A stretch of DNA of 64,000 nucleotides, taken from contig NC_043022.1 of the NCBI RefSeq assembly GCF_006345805.1, positions 13,392,001 through 13,456,000 of the forward strand, in the 5' to 3' direction. The position numbers were made by a program, and so were the translations under genes. Below, piece after piece: positions 11,915 to 26,387 of the stretch (within the stretch, counting starts at the first letter, position 1; each line of letters begins with the position of its first letter). A model generated the notes under the pieces. It worked only from the letters and a program-made list of their open reading frames with translations. It had not been told where the DNA came from and searched no databases. This stretch comes from Octopus sinensis. Its lineage: Eukaryota.

Positions 11915-13445
11915 ACATCACTGAAATCTCAAAGCTACAAGATAATGCAGGATTAATTTAGAACAACATGAATGAATAAGCAATGCATTTGACAGAGAAA
12001 TCTGAATGCCAAAGGGTTGAACCAACAAAATGCTACCATTCGCATACAGTCTCAGGGAGAAAGACTGCATTTTGTTTCCAAAAGTGGGAATGAGACCAAA
12101 AAAAAAACACTTTGAGAATGCTAATTGAAGGTGATCCGATATATTTTTTGTCATCTGGGTTGTTTTCATGGAAATTCTTTCTTTGTGTGTGTAATGCTTA
12201 GTGTTGGCTTTAGAGTATCTTGTTTTCATAAAAGGATATATTTTTTGCAGTAACTGACGACACAACTTTCGTTGTATGATTGCAAACTCAAAATACTTTT
12301 CATGAAGCTATCAAGCATAGGGAAACTAGAACTTGCTGTTGCTTTTGAGAATCCATTTATCTGTCCTTCTTTGTCCCCCACCCCTGTGCCTAACCCATAT
12401 AGGCGTAGGAGTGGTTGTGTGGTAAGTAGCTTGCTTACCAACCACATGGTTCCGGGTTCAGTCCCACTAGGCCAGAAAGTTTGGAGGAGAGGTCTAATTG
12501 ATTATATCGACCCAAGGGCTCAGCTGTGACTTACTTTATTGAAACCTGAAAGGATAAAAAGCGAAGTTGACCTCAGTGGAATTTGATCTCAGAATGTAAG
12601 GACAGAGCATTTTGCCTGCTGTGCTAACTGTTGCTTTTAATAACAAAATGTTTCAGCAATTTGTGATCTAAATTTTTTCACATACAATACATGATCACAA
12701 ATTTTCAAAACTTGATAAAATAATAATAATAATAATAATAATAAAGAAAGAAATTTTATATCTGTTCATTGAAGTGTGGTAGTGACATCAAACAAGGTAT
12801 TTCACAGTTACATTCCCAGCCACACCCATCAATGTACAATAAGGAAGTTTAATCTATTTTTTTATTTGTATGTTTTATCTTTCCACAATTGTAAAGGCTA
12901 CCATCTTCACATGACTCAACAAACTTTCCAAAATGTACCACCATATACAACTACACAAAGAAAATACTTTCATCATCATCATCGTTTTATGTCTGTTTTC
13001 CATGTTGGCAAGGATTTGATGGTTTGAAAGGATCTGACGAGCTGCAGAGCTGTGCCATGGCACAGGATGTTTTGCTGGAACACACATATACAGATAACTA
13101 CATCAATTTTATATATATATATATATATATATGTATTTCTATTCTTTTATTTGTTTCAGTCATATGACTGCGGCGATGCTGGAGCACCGCCTTTAGTCGA
13201 CAAAATTGACTCCAGGACTTATTCTTTGTAAGCCTAGTGCTTATTCTATCGGTCGGTCTCTTTTGCCAAACCGCTAAGTTACGGGGACGTAAACACACAG
13301 CATCGGTTGTCACGCAATGTTGGGGGGACAAACACATACACACACACATATGTGTGTGTGTGTGTATGTATTTGTCCCCACAACATCGCTTGACAACCGA
13401 TGCTGTGTGTTTACGTCCCCGTAACTTAGCGGTTCAGCAAAAGAG

Positions 13446-13487
<42 letters not shown>

Positions 13488-14599
13488 GCTTCTTTCAGTT
13501 TCCGTCTACCAAATCCACCACAAGGCTTTGGTCGACCCGAGGCTATAGTAGAAGACACTTGCCCAAGGTGCCACGCAGTGGGACTGAACCCGGAACCATG
13601 TGGTTGGTAAGCAAGCTACTTACCACACAGCCACTCCTACACCTATAGGGGCTAGACACGGTGCGGGACAAACAAGGACAGACAAACGGATTAAGTAGAT
13701 TACATCGACCCCAGTGCGTAACTGGTACTTAATTTATCAACCCCGAAAGGATGAAAGGTAAAGTCGACCTCGGCGTAATTTGAACTCAGAACATAACGGC
13801 AGATGAAATACTGCTAAGCATTTCGCCCAGCGTGCTATTGTTTCTGCCAACTCGCCATCTTTTCCAACTTGGCATTAGCAAGATTTAGTGATGTCACATG
13901 TTGTGAAAATGGCAATCAATCCAAAGTTCAAATCCTGATTCTTATCGAATTACTTAATCCTTTGGAATTCCATACTCATATAACGCTTATGAATTCACAT
14001 TGTTTTGAATCACTCCTGCATTACCTCATAACTTTGAAATTTTGCTAATGTGATTGTACATCTTTAGAATGACCCTGTAGGGTAAGTGAGAGAGCTCAGA
14101 TCTGGCTGGTTTGAGCATAGAACAGGTAGAATATTTCTGCCAGCTATGGCCAATTTAAATGCTAAAGGATCACCAAATCAAAACAAAAAAAATAGCATAT
14201 TTTCTAATAAGAACAAATATGTAACGACCTTTTGAATTTCATTAAAATTATCTCTTTATTAAATTTCTTTTTTCCACAGAAGAAAAAAAAATCAAAAATC
14301 TTCCATTTTTGATTTTGATTTTCATTAAAATATAGCAAACTTAATAGATTACAAACAAGGGAAAATGAAAAATAAATATGAACTGATATGTTTATGAAGA
14401 GAAAATTATTTTGTGCTTCTTTTCTTTAGTGGCTCATTTACGGCAATCATTATGCTAGCATACTGGAATGTTTATATATATATATACATACATACATATA
14501 TATATATGTGTGTGAGAGAAAAAAGTTGAAAATGCAATTTAAGTAAATTTACTTTGCAAGAAACACATTTCTTTATGAGGAAAAACTTATTTTCCAGTG

Positions 14600-14632
<33 letters not shown>

Positions 14633-15300
14633 TTGTATGTATACATATGTGTATGTGCATATATATATATATATGTACATACATACATACATACACGTAG
14701 GGCATCTCATAATGACAGGACACGTTTTAAGCACAAGCAACTAGGAGTGCGACAAACAAAGGCAACATCTCGAATCTTTTAAATTACAAATCAAATGTGT
14801 GCCATTATTATGAGATTGTTTGTGTGAGTGTATAAAAAAAACACACACACAACCATACACACATGCATATATATATATATATACACACATATTTTAGCAA
14901 ACATTAATGAATAATCATAAGACATGGGTGGGAAGATTTTCATTTTTGATTCCTGTTTGGTTTTCACCCATAAAATGTTCTCTCTACAGTGTTTTCCACA
15001 TCCTCATGGTTAGGTTTGTTCAAGAGAAATTGGGAATTAATAACAGTAATAATAATCCTTTCTACTGTAGGCACAAGGCCAGAAATTTGGGGGCAGGGGT
15101 GCAAGTTTGGTTTCATTGACCCCTGTGCTTAATTGGTACTTAATTTGTCCACCCCAAAAGGATGACCAATGAAGCTGACCTTGGTGGAATTTGAACTCTG
15201 AACATAAAAAACAGAAAAAATGCCTTTAAGCATTTAGTCTGGCTTGCTAACAATCCTGCCAGCTCACTGCCTTAATAATAATAATAATAATAATAATAAT

Positions 15301-15770
15301 GATTAATTCAAACTGACAGAAAGATAGATGCAAATAGGCCAGACAAAAATCATGCCTCCTCATTGATATGATTGTCCCAATCGATATAAACGTATCTATC
15401 AAGACCTACCAAAAACTGAGCAAGTATAAAGATCTTGAAATAGAAATCAGCAAAATGTGGAACTTGAAGACTAAAACAATACCTGGGAATGATAGCAAAA
15501 GGGGCTGATCGTTACGTAGCTCAGATACCAAGAAACCCGAGAATGGCAGAAATTCAAAAGGTAGTGCTCATGGAAACTGCCCATATCCTTTCCAAAGTAC
15601 AATAATAAGTAATCTCAAATTTTAAAACAAACTCATAATTTTCTTATGGTTTCTCTAGAACAATACTATGTACAAAACCAAATATATGGCACCCTAGGCA
15701 TAACACCAACTTGAACTTCTAACTCTTAAGGTCTCTGGGTGAGACTTGGAGCCAACTTGTACAAATGGCC
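15301..15770 (+). mobile_element. R4/Dong-like non-LTR retrotransposon 3' fragment (restriction-like endonuclease domain)
   Basis: IQTDRKIDANRPD...CLLIDMIVPIDINVSIKTYQKLSKYKDLEIEISKMWNLKTKTIP...VLMETAHIL, directly after an (AAT)n run. The right boundary is approximate. Confidence 0.75.
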
Positions 15771-18700
15771 TGAAATTTTGTGGGAAGGAACCAGTCGATT
15801 AGATAGGCCCCAGTATGCAACTGATACTTAATTTATCAACCCCAAAAGGATGAAAGGCAAGGTGACCTGGGAGGAATTTGAACTCAGAACATAGTGGCAG
15901 ACAAAATACCACTCAGCATTTCACCTGGCGTGCTAATGATTCTGCCAGCTCCCTGCCTTAACAACAACAACAACAACAATAATAATAAAACTTTAAACAG
16001 TTTCACTTGCATAATTCTTGTGATTTTGTTTCACTTCAATGATTATCTCTCTCTTAATTTAAATTTTGCACTAAGGCAGTGAGCTGGCAGAAGTCTTAGC
16101 ATACCGGGTGAAATACTCAGAGGTATTTCGTCTGCCGTTACCTTCTGAGTTCAAATTCTGCCAAGGTCGACTTTGCCTTTCATCCTCTCGGGGTCGATAA
16201 ATTAAGTACCAGTTACGCACTGGGGTTGATGAAATTGACTTAAACCTTTTGTCTGTCCTTGTTTGTCTCCTCTATGTTTAGCCCCTTGTGGGCTATAAAG
16301 AAATAAGAAATGTTAGCAGTATTTTATCTGTCTGTATGTTCTGAGTTCAAATTCTGCCAAAGTCGACTTTGCTTTTCATCCTCTCAAGATGGCCCCACCT
16401 CCCCTAAAATTATGGGCCTTGTGCCTAGAGTAGAAAGGAATTCAAATTTCACAATAATCATGCCTTATGCAGTACAACAACAGCAGAATGGTAAGGAGTT
16501 CAAAGTGATGAACTAGTGACCATATACTACAAAAGAAAATGAGAATAATCCCCCAAATTTCACAGTAATGGCCATGTCACACTGCTTGCCTAAATCCTTT
16601 TGTTACCATATTTTTAATGTTTTGGTTAATTTTGAAAATAATGAAGCAATTAGTAAATTAACTTTCATAATTAACCTGGTGTTTGGAACATGAATTAACA
16701 TTGAAATTTTGGTAGGTTTTAATTCTAGAACACTTTAACCCTTTTGTTACCATATTTCGGTTGAAACACATGACCTATGTTTTGATTATGTCTGGAAAAT
16801 TATCAAGTATTTCGTCAAACAGCTTTGTAATTATCAAACTGGTGTTCGGAACAGAAATCAATTTTGATGGAGGGTTTTAATATAAATGACTTTAAAACAA
16901 AAGAGTTTGTATCATAGAACCAAGTGTAGCCCCAGATAGGTTGGTATAAAAAGGGTCAATTTATTTAACAAAAAGGTTCCATTTCTACTTTATGGTTGAG
17001 TGGTTAACAACAGAAGAGCACAATTCACATATCTCTACAGATCTTTTATCTTTTACTTGTTTCAGTCATTAGACAGTGGCCATGCTAGGGCACCATCTTC
17101 ACGAATTTTTGTTGAATGAATTGACTCCAGTATCGGTACTTCTGGCTTTTTTTTTCTGTCAAACCACTAAGTTACAGGGACATAAACACACCAACACCAG
17201 TTGTCACATAGTAGTGGAGGACAAACACACATATACAACAGGCTTCTTTCAGTTTCTATCTACCAAATCAACTCACAAGGCTTTGGTCGGCCAGAGGCTA
17301 TAGTAGAAGACATTTGCCCAAGGTGCCACACAGTGGAACTGAACTCAGAACTCTGTGGTTCAAAAGCAAACATCTTACCACAGAGCCACGTGTAAGAATG
17401 TACGCACACACACACACACTGGATAATGCTATCCTCCATATGCTCTGTTGGAATTAGGCCTGGGAAAACCATTGACCCCAGACTGCAAAAAATAACTTAT
17501 ACAATATGAATGTCTAAATTAACAGAAGTCACTGAACCGAGTCCAATGTGGAATCATAAATTGAAACCAAAAGACGGGTGGGAAAGGAAGAAAGAGGGAG
17601 AGAGAAGAGCATTTATTCTAGTTGTGTATACCAAACCAAACCAAACAGGAAATCCCCTTGTCTGTCTCTTATCCACGAATATTCATTATTTATTTATTAT
17701 TTTACAGAGGTACAAAACTTCAGATAATTTTTCCATTTTTTTCTTGTGTGTGTGTGTGTAAAAAAGATTGCAAAATATATTTACTACAATCAAGAATAAA
17801 AGACCGATTCCATATTCAGTCTGCTATAAGCTTATCGTATTTGATGAAATATAAAACACACTTTCTTTTAAAAAAAAAAAATGCTTTTAAAGAAAAAAAA
17901 AATACCACCAATCCTACATGTGAAGTTTGGCCTCTTGTAGACTTCAATGCACCAAAAAGTCTTTTCTTGAATATATGCTGCTGAAATTGGGGTGCATCTA
18001 AGAGGTTCGGGTATCTTTTATGTCCTCAGATATGGCAATTCCTTCTCTACAGAATTTTATTACATGATTTATTATGGAAACTGAAATCTTTCAAATGTTC
18101 GTTTATTTTTTGTTTTTAAATCTGTGGTAAGGGCAGTTTTATTGTTTTTTTTGTTTATGTTCTGCTTAAAGACCCATAAAATTCATAATTGTACAGCTGA
18201 TGGATATTACTTGAAAATTTAGATTATTTTTTTGCTTTCTATGTTCATTTTGGATGGAATGATTATAAAAGTTTTGATATTGTACAGGAATTGTTAAATA
18301 CTAAACATCTTGTCTTGTGATTCAAAACATTAAAAAAAAAGCTGACAAGGAAAGCAGATGAAGAATCAGGCACAAAAATAGACATAGATAAGCAGATGAA
18401 AATGGTAAAAATCTGACAGAGAACCACATAAACAGACCAGGTAGACAAAATATAGAGAGGAAAATGCTACCCATTTATAGCTGAAAATAAGTTTAATCAC
18501 TGAGCAGTGGCAGTAGGTTTCAGAACTGTTCATTGCAGGGTTTCAATGTCTGCAGAGTATTGTGAAAATAATGTTTCATTTCCTTATTTGTTTGGGGGAA
18601 ATAAATTAGATATGGAGTGAAGCATAAAAATATTATTGGCTATAGCTTTGATTAAGCAGATAATGAGGTGAAGGATTTCCATATATATGTATATATATAT

Positions 18701-20740
18701 AATTAAGGGTTTAGCAACAAGTTGCCTCACTAATTTTTTTAACTAAAAGAATTAGCTATTTTTGACTGCTATTCCTAAATTTTCGGTATGTGGTGAGGCA
18801 ACTTGTTGCTAAACCCTTAATTATATTTATAATTATTAAAAAATTTTTTGTATAAGTTTTTTACCGATAATAGTTTTTTTTTTCATACCGAAGCTACGTG
18901 GTAAAATTTATTAATTATTAAATTAATAATTCTTTACCCTATATCTGTAATGTGTGTGTATATATATATATATATATTGAAAATGTCAGTGGTGGATTTT
19001 ACATCAATATTGATTGCAATTAGCTTTCTCTATTAGGCTGGCTGTAGCAAACGACTATGTACAGATGCTAAATCAAGCTTATATATATACATATATATAT
19101 ATATATAGTGCACTGTTCCATGATGGTAAGATCAACAAAAACAAGCACTGCATTTGAGAGCATTTTATAATATATAATGGCAGTGCTTTCAGCTTGGCTG
19201 AAACTTGTAGAGAATATAAAAGATATGTAGCTACATTACTCCTCAATATGTCCTTTCTCTAATCGAAGATGAAAGGACACATTGCTGCTATTTATAATAT
19301 AAGTTACAGTGATTTTTGTTAATGTGGGTATGTACATACATATATACATACACGTATCTATCTATTGATATAGAAAAGCATATTATGCACACATACATAT
19401 ATAAATATTATGCAAAGATGTCTAGTTTTCATTCTACTCATCTTCCAAGTTCAGAACCAGCAGGAAATTTTTTGATAGGAAAAATACAGACAATGCATTC
19501 AGTATCTCTCCTCTTTTTAAGCAAAGCATACAATGTAAGCATTCACACACACAGAAACATCATGTTACTGTGGGCTGATAAGCTGAAAAAAATCTTTGTT
19601 TGGCCACTTCGAGTACTCAAAGGAGAATCAGAGAATGAATAATAAATGTTAAATTCATAATTGTTAGTCTGACGAAATATGTTTGGTTTCATTGTAATGC
19701 ACCAAAGATGAAACAGGATATTTGTGTCTGACAAATACATATATTATTATGGGATCCAGTTGTATCTCCTCAGGTGATAATATATATAATATATATATAT
19801 ATATCTCTTTTACTCGTTTCAGTCATTTGACTGCGGCCACGCTGGAGCACCGCCTTTAGTCGAGTAAATCGACCCTGGGACTTATTCTTTGTAAGCCCAG
19901 TACTTATTCTATCGGTCTCTTTTGCCGAACCGCTAAGTAACGGGGACATAAACACACCAACATCGGTTGTCAAGCAATGCCAGGTGGACAAACACAGACA
20001 CACAAACACATATATATACATATATACGACGGGCTTCTTTCAGTTTCCGTCTACCAAATCCACTCACAAGGCTTTGGTCAGCCTGAGGCTATAGTAGAAG
20101 ACACTTGCCCAAGATGGCACACAGTAGGACTGAACCAGGAACCATGTGGTTGGTAAGCAAGCTACTTACCACACAGCCACTCCTGATATATATATATTTA
20201 CACCAATCACCTCATCTCACCTAAAGAAATATGTTAAAGAATATTGAAGCGTTAGTTTATCTGTTATTGCAGCTAGAAATCTACAAGATGTCGCTTTTAA
20301 GAAAACACCTGCCCCCATATAGAACCATTACTAAGAATCAACCAAAATAGTTTTCATCCGGGGAAATCAACACGGTTGCAAATTCATTTGCATACATAGT
20401 CATAAATGTAAACAGACAAATACACACACACAGATACGCATGGAATCATACTTATAAATATACATACACAAGTGAAGGAGACACGACCAAACATCTGAAC
20501 ACAAATACTGTTGTGTCATTTTTAGGAACATGAAACATTCTTTTGTATTTTGATAATAACATTTTCTCTAAATCATATGAAATATATATATATATAGATA
20601 TATCAAAAGATGTTAACAACAAAATAGCAAAGATAGTATTAAAATATATATAAAAAACAGAATTTTAACAAAATAGAAAATAAAAATTTTATATATATAT
20701 ATATATATCACTTAAATGCTAAAGGGGCTTCTGAACGACC

Positions 20741-20779
<39 letters not shown>

Positions 20780-20879
20780 GGTGTGTTTATAATGGTATTC
20801 AGTTGTAGGAGAATGCCTCGATAACATATTCATCTAACCCATGCGAGCATGGAAAAATGGACATAAAAAATGATTGAAG

Positions 20880-21170
20880 ATATGAATATATGCATGTGCG
20901 TCTGTGTGTGTTTGTGTGTGTGTGCATACATACATACATATATATATATACATATATATATATATAATATATATATATATAATATATATATGTATGTGCA
21001 TATATATATATATATATATAAATATATATATGAATATATGTTTGTGCATATATATAAATATATATTTGTGCATATATATATATAAATATATGTTAGTGCA
21101 TATATATATATATATAAATATATGTTAGTGCATATATATATATATATAAATATATGTTAGTGCATATATT
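20880..21170. repeat. Compound (TA)n/(TG)n microsatellite-minisatellite (representative of dozens of TA/CA/AAT/CAT tracts)
   Basis: Directly visible, including repeated ATATATGTTAGTGCATATATA units. Confidence 0.9.
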
Positions 21171-21480
21171 ATTACCTTTACCCATATAATACAATAGATG
21201 AACTGATTGTTTGACAATTTTTAACATCTATGTATTAATCTTGTTGGGTACCTATCTGGCAGTATATTGGATATATATTATCCCATGGTGGGTTGAATTT
21301 TCAACCCCTATCTCATTTTATAACCTAAATATATATATATATATATATGTATGTATATACATATGTATGTACATTATACACTCATAGTGTTCATACATGT
21401 GAGTATGTGCATAGAATATTCGAATAAATATGTCTGCATGTATTTATGTTCCACAGTGAATTTATAAATTACACCCAACA

Positions 21481-23672
21481 TTACGGCAAGTCATCTAATT
21501 CATTCTCAACAAAAAGCTGCTGCAACGTGTCGTACACGATTCTCGAATGTTCTATAACCCGGTCGATCTGTTTGTTGTCATCTTCTTCAGTCTTCAGCTT
21601 GGCGACAAGCTGCGCTTTCTTCGGCAGGGTGTACATAGCGATATACACACCTTGCTTGACAAGCCAAGGGTGGAACTTGGCCAGTGTGTCGTCGTACGCT
21701 TTCTGCGTGAGCACGGAAAGCTTCACGTCTTCGGCTGCGTGTCGCATTTGCTTAATGAACTCCATCACAAACTCGAAGGCCCTGTGTAGTCGGAGGAGCG
21801 TCCTGCATCCAGACAAGCTATTTTTTGTGGTGATTTCGTTCTCAATCTCATACTGCATCATTCGGTTGATGGTGACGTAGTTTTCCCCGTCTGAAGAATT
21901 CCTATATTTGTACAAAATGGAAACCTTGCTATTCACCTCCGAACCAACAAAGACAAACGCTTTGCCAAGAAGATATAAGAATCTGCAAAAGATTAACAAG
22001 AAAAAAAAAAAATATATATATATATATAGTAATAACAGTTTCAAAATTTAGCACAAGGCCAGCAATTTTAAGGGGCAGGAGAGGTTAGCTACATGAACAC
22101 CAGTAATCAACTGGTAGTTTGATTTATCAACCCTGAAAGGATGAAAGCAAAAAAAGGTGGAAGAAATGTCCTTAGTAATAATAATCCTTTCTACTATAGG
22201 CACAAAACCTGAAATTTTTGGGGAGGGAGTTATTATGGTTCCACATATAATTGTGCCATATAATTGGCACCTGTCCCAGCACCACATAACAGGCTCCCAT
22301 GCTGGGGCAACATAAAGGGCACCTGTGCTGGTGCCATGTAAGAAGCACTCGTCATCATCATTGTTCGACCATGGTCGAGACAATGGAATTTACCATGCTA
22401 CGCCAGACTTCACGGTCCATCATGGCATTACGGAGGTCCTGTTGCTGGATGCCTGTATCCCTGGAGATTACATCAGGGTAGGAGTGTGTGCGCCCTTTGG
22501 CTTCCAGAGGAGAAGAGTAGAAACTGCCTCTTTTTCAGCTCTACAACAATGTCCAGCAAACTGGACTCTCCTACCTTTCACAAGAGATGACACAGGTGGT
22601 AGTTTCCCATATATTTGCATTTTGGTTGGATGGCGCTTCCACGAGAGATTTTGAGCTCTCATAAGGAGGCGAGTGTAGGTTCCATCCAACCGCCTCTCAA
22701 GCTTCTCAAGCACTCGTGCCAGTGCCACCTACGGGGCACTCGTGCTGGTGCCACATAAAATGCACCGGTGGCAGCATCACATGAAAAGGACCTAGTACAC
22801 TTTGTAAAACGGTTGGCGTTAGGAAGGGCATCCAGCCATAGAAACAATACCACAACAGACAAATGGAACCAAGTGCAGCTCTCCAGCTGGCCGGTTCCTA
22901 TCAAACAGTCCAACCCATGCCAGCATGGAAAACGGACATTAAAGGATGATGATGATGATATTTCAGCACTTTTATTTACACTCTCATACTCACACCAGCA
23001 ACTTCCATCATGTATATCTTCTGACAATACCTCCAATTAGAAAAGTCAAATATTCCATACATCCAAGCCAAAATGCTGTAATTATCAGCTGCTGTCATTA
23101 TGTACAGCTCTGGTATTCTAGTGCTACAAACAATGTGGAAAAAAAGGCTTCAAGGTTAGATAAAGTTAACAATGGACAAAGGAAAAACAAAAAGAATCTA
23201 ACTTGGTCACCAGATTGCTTTCTTTGCACTCTGTGAGAACCAGGATATGGCTTTGTAAATCTAGAGTTGGTCTGATGTCACAAGCACATGCCATTGGGAC
23301 CCTAAAGCATCTATAATGACAGAGGAATCCCATCATATACATATATATATTCTTTTACTCTTTAGTCTTTTCGGTCATTTGACTGCGGCCATGCTGGAGC
23401 ACAACCTTTAGTCAAGCAAATGGACCCCAGGACTTATTCTTTGTAATCCTAGTACTTATTCTATCGGTCACTTTTGCCACACTGCTAAGTTACAGGGATG
23501 CAATTGTCAAGTGATGTTGGGGGGGGGGCAAACAGACACACAATCATACACATATATAAACATACAATGGGCTTCTTTCAGTTTGTGTCTACCAAATCCA
23601 CTCACAAGATTTTGGTCGGCCCGAGGCTATAATATAGGACACTTGCCCAAATAAAGTGTGTATATGTATGTA

Positions 23673-23722
<50 letters not shown>

Positions 23723-23884
23723 GTAGCTGTGTGGTAAGTAGCTTGTTTACCAACCACATGGTTCCGGGTTCAGTCCCACTACATGGCACTTTGGGCAAGT
23801 GTCTTCTACTATAGCCTCGGGCCGACCAAAGCCTTGTGAGTGGATTTGGGAGACGGAAACTGAAAGAAGCTTGTCGTGTATATG

Positions 23885-23936
<52 letters not shown>

Positions 23937-25879
23937 TGTGTCTCTGTTTGTCCCCCCAACATCGCTTGACAACCGATGCTGATGTGTTTACGTCCCCGTC
24001 ACTAAGCGGTTCGGCAAAAAGAGACCGATAGAATAAGTACTGGGCTTACAAAGAATAAGTCCCGAGGTCGATTTGCTCGACTAAAGGCGGTGCTCCAGCA
24101 TGGCCACAGTCAAATGACTGAAACAAGTAAAAGAGTAAAGAGTATATATATATATATGAGGGGCAAGAAGTTTGCTTCCCAAATACATGGTTCCAATGTG
24201 TGGCTCCTTGAGCAAGTCTCAGCCCGACCAAAGCTTCGTAGACGGAAAAGAAGCTTGTTATATGGATATGGGTGCGTGCGACTGTGTTGTGTTTGCTATC
24301 GTCTTCATAACTTAGCGGTTCGACAAATAGATTCCTAGAGTAAGTGCAAGACTTAAAAAAAAAAAATAAGTGCTGGGGTCAATCTGTTCGACTAAACCTT
24401 TCAAGGTGGAGCCCCAGCATGGTCGCAGTACAAGGATTGAAAAAAGGTCTGTGTGTGTCTGTGCGTGTGCATGCGGGCGCGAATATCGCGATCCCTGAGT
24501 TTAGAAAAACATGTTAATTAGAATCCAAAATATGAGCAACACAGAAAAAAAATATCCAATTTTTTTCGCCAGTTGCCAAACGAACCATTGCAATTGCTCG
24601 CTTGATTAAATTGTATAAAGTATGAAACATAAACTCATTAATCGCCATGGAAACATCTTACTAACATGTAGGTTCTCAAACATCTGTAAATGAATCCGGA
24701 CTCTTTATTTATTATAATTAGTTTTTGTGCATATCGGAAATTCTTGGTTGGAAACATTATAGTACAAGATAACCTTATTATCTGACATGATTATAAAAAA
24801 AAAGAAGAAAAACACGGCCAATTATTTATTACACGCACCAGAAAACTTGCTTTGACAACTTTTCTAGCACACAGGCCTTCTTGTCACTTCACACCAGCCA
24901 GAGTAATGTAATTCTTTTTTCATACTGACATGTATTACAATAGTCATGGGCAACCTGCGATCCAGGGAATTTCTGAATGACACGCCTAACGAAAAAATAG
25001 AGAAATGGGCACGTCGGACGATGTGGTGCAGCCGTGGGTAACTTGTTGCGGCCCGCGCGAGTTTGTGAACGGCACGCTTAACGAAAATTGAGGTTCTAAT
25101 GTTTTTAGCCGTGTGGCCCTTCTGAGGATGAACCATGTCCCATGAGGCCCGTTTCTCGATAAAGGGCGCCCATGCCGGCGAAGGTAAAGAATAGGCACAC
25201 CCAATGTTTAGGATCGGTGTTAAGGTTACCTCGGAAACGGGTGGTGTCCGTATTCGTTACCTCAGCCCCCATGCCTAACATACTCCACCCGAGCCAACGA
25301 GAACTCCTATGTGGTTGCTTGATCTGCTAGAGATAGCAGTCAAATTTCTCTCAAGTTATGCCCCACCTTCATTAAGGAATAAAACGAAGGATACATCGAA
25401 CGATGTAGGGCAGTCATGGGCAACCTGCTGCGGCCCGCGGGACTTTCTGAATGGCATGCCTAACGAAAAACATTACCACGAATTTTGTTTATTGTGGCAC
25501 ACTCTTGGAAAAAAGGGTTGCCCGTGCCCGATGTAGTGTGTGACGTACTGAAAGACGAGATGGTCACGATCGGAAACCCCTTGATTGTAGGTCTGCTCCG
25601 TATAGAAGACCGACACGGAGCTAAAGAAGAAGCATCACTGAATGACAACGGTGTAGAAGTGAAGAGAGACAACAATGTATGCCGGAGAAATGGTTAAAAG
25701 ATCGTGACAATGGCAAAAAAAGGATAATAAATAATGTCTTTTAAAAAAAGACCAGCAACGTACTTGGTAACTTCATTGTAAGATTCTAGATAAGCATCCA
25801 TGGATAAAGTGTTGTCTTCTAATTGGCATTTCTCGAGGGCATCGGCTAAAGTCTCTAGTTTGAATTCCGTCGTGGACAT
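21481..25879 (-). CDS. CPTP: Ceramide-1-phosphate transfer protein (GLTP fold); exons 25879-25764 and 21982-21481; 205 aa
   Basis: Exon 1 MSTTEFKLETLADALEKC...YNEVT joins by a phase-2 GT-AG intron to FLYLLGKAFVFVGSEVNSK...SGCRTLLRLHRAF...FHPW...ELDDLP*. The K60/R106/R110/H150 equivalents of CPTP are present. Confidence 0.93.
22353..22707 (-). mobile_element. LINE RT C-terminal fragment nested in a SINE-like repeat
   Basis: LERRLDGTYTRLLMRAQNLSWKRHPT...RRVQFAGHC, a (GAT)n tail, and 10-bp TSD AAGCACTCGT at 22343-22352 and 22708-22717. Confidence 0.8.
25411..25530. mobile_element. hAT-like MITE (partial relatives at ~24940-25090)
   Basis: Imperfect TIRs CAGTCATGGGCAACC / GGTTGCCCGTGCCCG and near-perfect 8-bp TSD ATGTAGGG/ATGTAGTG. 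Confidence 0.6.
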
Positions 25880-26387
25880 GTTGAGAGGAAAACCGGATTT
25901 ATAAAAAAAAGAAAGAGAAAGAGAAAACAACGACAAACTTTGGGAAAGAACCGGGTGTTGATGTCTCTAAATGAGAAATGACTCCCACCCACGTACCAGA
26001 AACATTTTAAAAGGAAATAAACAAATTTACTGCGGAACGGATTTCCTTGCATAAGAATGTATTACATTATATACATACAATATATATATAGACACACACA
26101 CATACATATATATACACTACTAATAATATTAATTTGTAAAGAAATAACAAAATTACATGTCTGTAAATATTTTTAATAATTTCGATTCATTAAAATAATT
26201 AATCTAAAATAAATAACATTAAAATTATTAATAATTAACGGGCAACAACAAAACTTGATAAGTGCGGTCCTTACAAAATGGTAGTTCGTTGGTTCGAAGT
26301 TTGATGAAAACTTCGACTCCCGGTTAAATTTCTTTGTTTTCTCTCCATTCGTCCTGAGAAAACTCCAAAGACCCGACACCATTCGTG
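25880..26387. promoter_or_regulatory. Putative bidirectional promoter shared by CPTP and INTS11
   Basis: Only 508 bp separate two divergent start codons. TSSs cannot be seen directly. Confidence 0.7.

Noticed and set aside
10058-14782. Numerous 60-145 aa ORFs rich in YI/CV/HT repeats (also elsewhere in the window)
   Set aside because: They are translations of (TA)n/(CA)n tracts and SINE bodies.
21983-22044. ORF-track N-terminus (MKLLLLYIYI...) for CPTP
   Set aside because: It is intronic microsatellite. The real exon starts at the acceptor 21982 and joins exon 1 at 25879-25764.
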